64,000 bases of DNA, from assembly GCF_963921235.1 (NCBI RefSeq), contig NC_086124.1, positions 24,242,001 to 24,306,000 on the forward strand, given 5' to 3'. The notes beneath the pieces are model-generated. The model searched no databases and was not told where the DNA came from. It saw nothing but the letters and a program-made list of their open reading frames with translations. This DNA is from Mobula hypostoma. Its lineage: Eukaryota. Each line of letters opens with the position of its first letter. Position 1 is the first letter of the stretch. The translations under genes and the position numbers were made by a program. Shown piece by piece: positions 61,186 to 64,000 of the stretch.

Positions 61186-63965
61186 AGGCCCGGATTAACC
61201 TAGTAGCAAAAGTAGCATATGCTACGGGCCCCACATTTTCGAGGGCCCCGCCCACACTAAATGCTTGCAAGCTGCAGTCTGGTGAAATTGGCATCCGAAC
61301 TCACCGTATGCTTACGACTGTTAAGAGATTTTTTGGTAAACGATTCATTTACACTTAAATAAATGACTTCAGCCATCAGCCTTCTGTTCTTTGACAAAGT
61401 ACTGTAGATTGAGTTCATATAGATTGAGTTTTTATAGCTTTTATAGATATGTAAAAAGGAAAAGACTGATAAAGACAAATGTAGGTCCCCTGCAAACAGA
61501 AACAGGTGAATTGATTATGGGGAGCAAGGACATGGCAGACCAATTGAATAATTACTTTGGTTCTGTCTTCACTAAGGAGGACATAAATAATCTTCCAGAA
61601 ATAGTAAGGGACAGAGGGTCCAGTGAGATGGAGGAACTGAGCGAAATACATGTTAGTAGGGAAGTGGTGTTAGGTAAATTGAAGGGATTGAAGGCAGATA
61701 AATCCCCAGGGCCAGATGGTCTGCATCCCAGAGTGCTTAAGGAAGTGGCCCAAGAAATAGTGGATGCATTAGTGATAATTTTTCAAAACTCGTTAGATTC
61801 TGGACTAGTTCCTGAGGATTGGAGGGTGGCTAATGTAACCCCACTTTTTAAAAAAGGAGGGAGAGAGAAACCGGGGAATTATAGGCCGGTTAGCCTAACG
61901 TCGGTGGTGGGGAAACTGCTGGAGTCAGTTATCAAGGATGTGATAACAGCACATTTGGAAAGCGGTGAAATGATCGGACAAAGTCAGCATGGATTTGTGA
62001 AAGGAAAATCATGTCTGACGAATCTCATAGAATTTTTTGAGGATGTAACTAGTAGAGTGGATAGGGGAGAACCAGTGGATGTGGTATATTTGGATTTTCA
62101 AAAGGCTTTTGACAAGGTCCCACATAGGAGATTAGTGTGCAAACTTAAAGCACACGGTATTGGGGGTAAGGTATTGGTGTGGGTGGAGAATTGGTTAGCA
62201 GACAGGAAGCAAAGAGTGGGAATAAACGGGACCTTTTCAGAATGGCAGGCGGTGACTAGTGGGGTACCGCAAGGCTCAGTGCTAGGACCCCAGTTGTTTA
62301 CAATATATATTAATGACTTGGATGAGGGAATTAAATGCAGCATCTCCAAGTTTGCGGATGACACGAAGCTGGGTGGCAGTGTTAGCAGTGAGGAGGATGC
62401 TAAGAGGATGCAGGGTGACTTGGATAGGTTGGGTGAGTGGGCAAACTCATGGCAGATGCAATTTAATGTGGATAAATGTGAAGTTATCCACTTTGGTGGC
62501 AAAAATAGGAAAACAGATTATTATCTGAATGGTGGCCGATTAGGAAAAGGGGAGGTGCAACGAGACCTGGGTGTCATTATACACCAGTCATTGAAAGTGG
62601 GCATGCAGGTACAGCAGGCGGTGAAAAAGGCGAACGGTATGCTGGCATTTATAGCGAGAGGATTCGAGTACAGGAGCAGGGAGGTACTACTGCAGTTGTA
62701 CAAGGCCTTGGTGAGACCACACCTGGAGTATTGTGTGCAGTTTTGGTCCCCTAATCTGAGGAAAGACATCTTTGCCATAGAGGGAGTACAAAGAAGGTTC
62801 ACCAGATTGATTCCTGGGATGGCAGGTCTTTCATATGAAGAAAGACTGGATGAACTGGGCTTGTACTCGTTGGAATTTAGAAGATTGAGGGGGGATCTGA
62901 TTGAAACGTATAAGATCCTAAAGGGATTGGACAGGCTAGATGCAGGAAGATTGTTCCCGATGTTGGGGAGGTCTAGAACGAGGGGTCACAGTTTGAGGAT
63001 AGAGGGGAAGCCTTTTAGGACCGAGGTTAGGAAAAACTTCTTCACACAGAGAGTGGTGAATCTGTGGAATTCTCTGCCACAGCAAACTGTTGAGGCCAGT
63101 TCATTAGCTATGTTTAAAAGGAAGTTAGATATGGCCCTTGTGGCTACAGGGGTCAGGGGGTATGGAGGGAAGGCTGGGTTCTGAGTTGGATGATCAGCCA
63201 TGATCATAATAAATGGCGGTGCAGGCTCGAAGGGCCGAATGGCCTACTCCTGCACCTATTTTCTATGTTTCTATGTTTCTATAACAATGCATTTCCTAAT
63301 AGCTGTGAACCCAGTTTGATTTGTAACAATGCATCTCTGGCACAAGAATGCTAAGTTTACAGGTAGTTGCAAACACACCATATCTATGCTTTTTTTGAAC
63401 ATGAACTGTCCTCTATGTTAGCACGTAACATACCAAATAATGTATTATGGATTTTAACTTGCATTCCTAAAGGCCATGAATTGCAGCTTAGGCATACTGG
63501 TGCCGGCAGAATGAATTTAATCAAAAGATGTGAAAACTTCAAAGAATTGTCTATACTTTTAACTATGAACTGTCCTTTGTATTTAGCAAATAAATATCGA
63601 GCCTCAATCACAAGGCAGTTAGACCTGTTCTGCCAGCGGTCTCTGCCTGCTGTAACCTTGTTTTGTCGAATACAGAAACTGCCTTTTACCTACAAGTAAC
63701 GCAGCGCTCTGTGATTTCATCCACGCCACAACAACGACGATTTGGCAAAGCTGCTGTTTTCATGTAGACAGCAATGAGCAATAGAGCCAAAGATATTGGA
63801 TGTTATTGTACATCTGGAAGTGCAAAATGTAAAGCAAAAGAAGAAAAAGAGGGAAGAGACCAACTTGTGATAACAAAAACACGTAAGTTGACAGAATATT
63901 TTGATGTTCATGGAGATGGTGATGGTGCTATAACAGCTGAAGCTGGAAATACAAGAACAACTGGC
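61186..63965 (+). mobile_element. Twin of the ZMYM1-type hAT remnant (61186-61419 and 63282-63965), split by the CR1
   Basis: Reverse complement of 8852-9765. Confidence 0.7.
61431..63281 (+). mobile_element. Young 5'-truncated CR1 LINE with an uninterrupted RT frame (track ORF 61391-63184)
   Basis: SPGPDGLHPRVLKE, YLDFQKAFD, GVPQGSVLGP, FADD. CR1 3'UTR and (CTATGTTT)n tail. Empty site at about 9535. Confidence 0.96.
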
Positions 63966-64000
63966 ACAATCTGCACAGACTGTGGTCTCCCAGACAGGAA

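Larger units (their letters stand above)
52269..63965 (-). repeat. Right arm of inverted segmental duplication
   Basis: See left arm. Lacks the equivalent of about 29370-38400. May extend beyond the window. Confidence 0.9.

Noticed and set aside
62098-62802. Minus-strand ORFs (also 48864-49445)
   Set aside because: Antisense shadows of CR1 coding frames.
1-64000. tRNA/rRNA genes, CRISPR arrays, prokaryotic operons
   Set aside because: tRNA-like pieces are primer-binding sites or SINE heads. There are no repeat-spacer arrays, and the sequence is clearly eukaryotic.

Overview
Repeat-dense vertebrate genomic DNA. The CR1, L1, Penelope, hAT and SINE families suggest a cartilaginous fish, probably a batoid (inference). 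The one host gene I can read is a + strand MHC alpha-chain pseudogene of the W-category type (WA), with four phase-1 exons: leader (10338-10413, behind a Y-box/X2-like promoter), alpha1 (41163-41414), Ig-C1 alpha2 (42971-43252) and CP/TM/cytoplasmic (44777-44949). Its Ig domain is beta2-microglobulin-like (LQKN, SFGKDWRF) but is anchored by a class-II-alpha-type glycine-patterned TM. It carries four in-frame stops. The promoter, leader and intron 1 are duplicated in inverted orientation (about 8.85-38.9 kb vs 52.3-64 kb), so two convergent leaders flank a single alpha1-alpha2-TM body. The ~30 kb intron 1 is mostly nested TEs: an RT-deleted ERV-like element, a full-length L1, and a Gmr1-type Gypsy containing a doubly truncated L1 whose ORF1 is fused in frame to the integrase N-terminus. 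It also holds an unidentified decayed reading frame present in both arms. All alignments were done by eye; no database searches were run.
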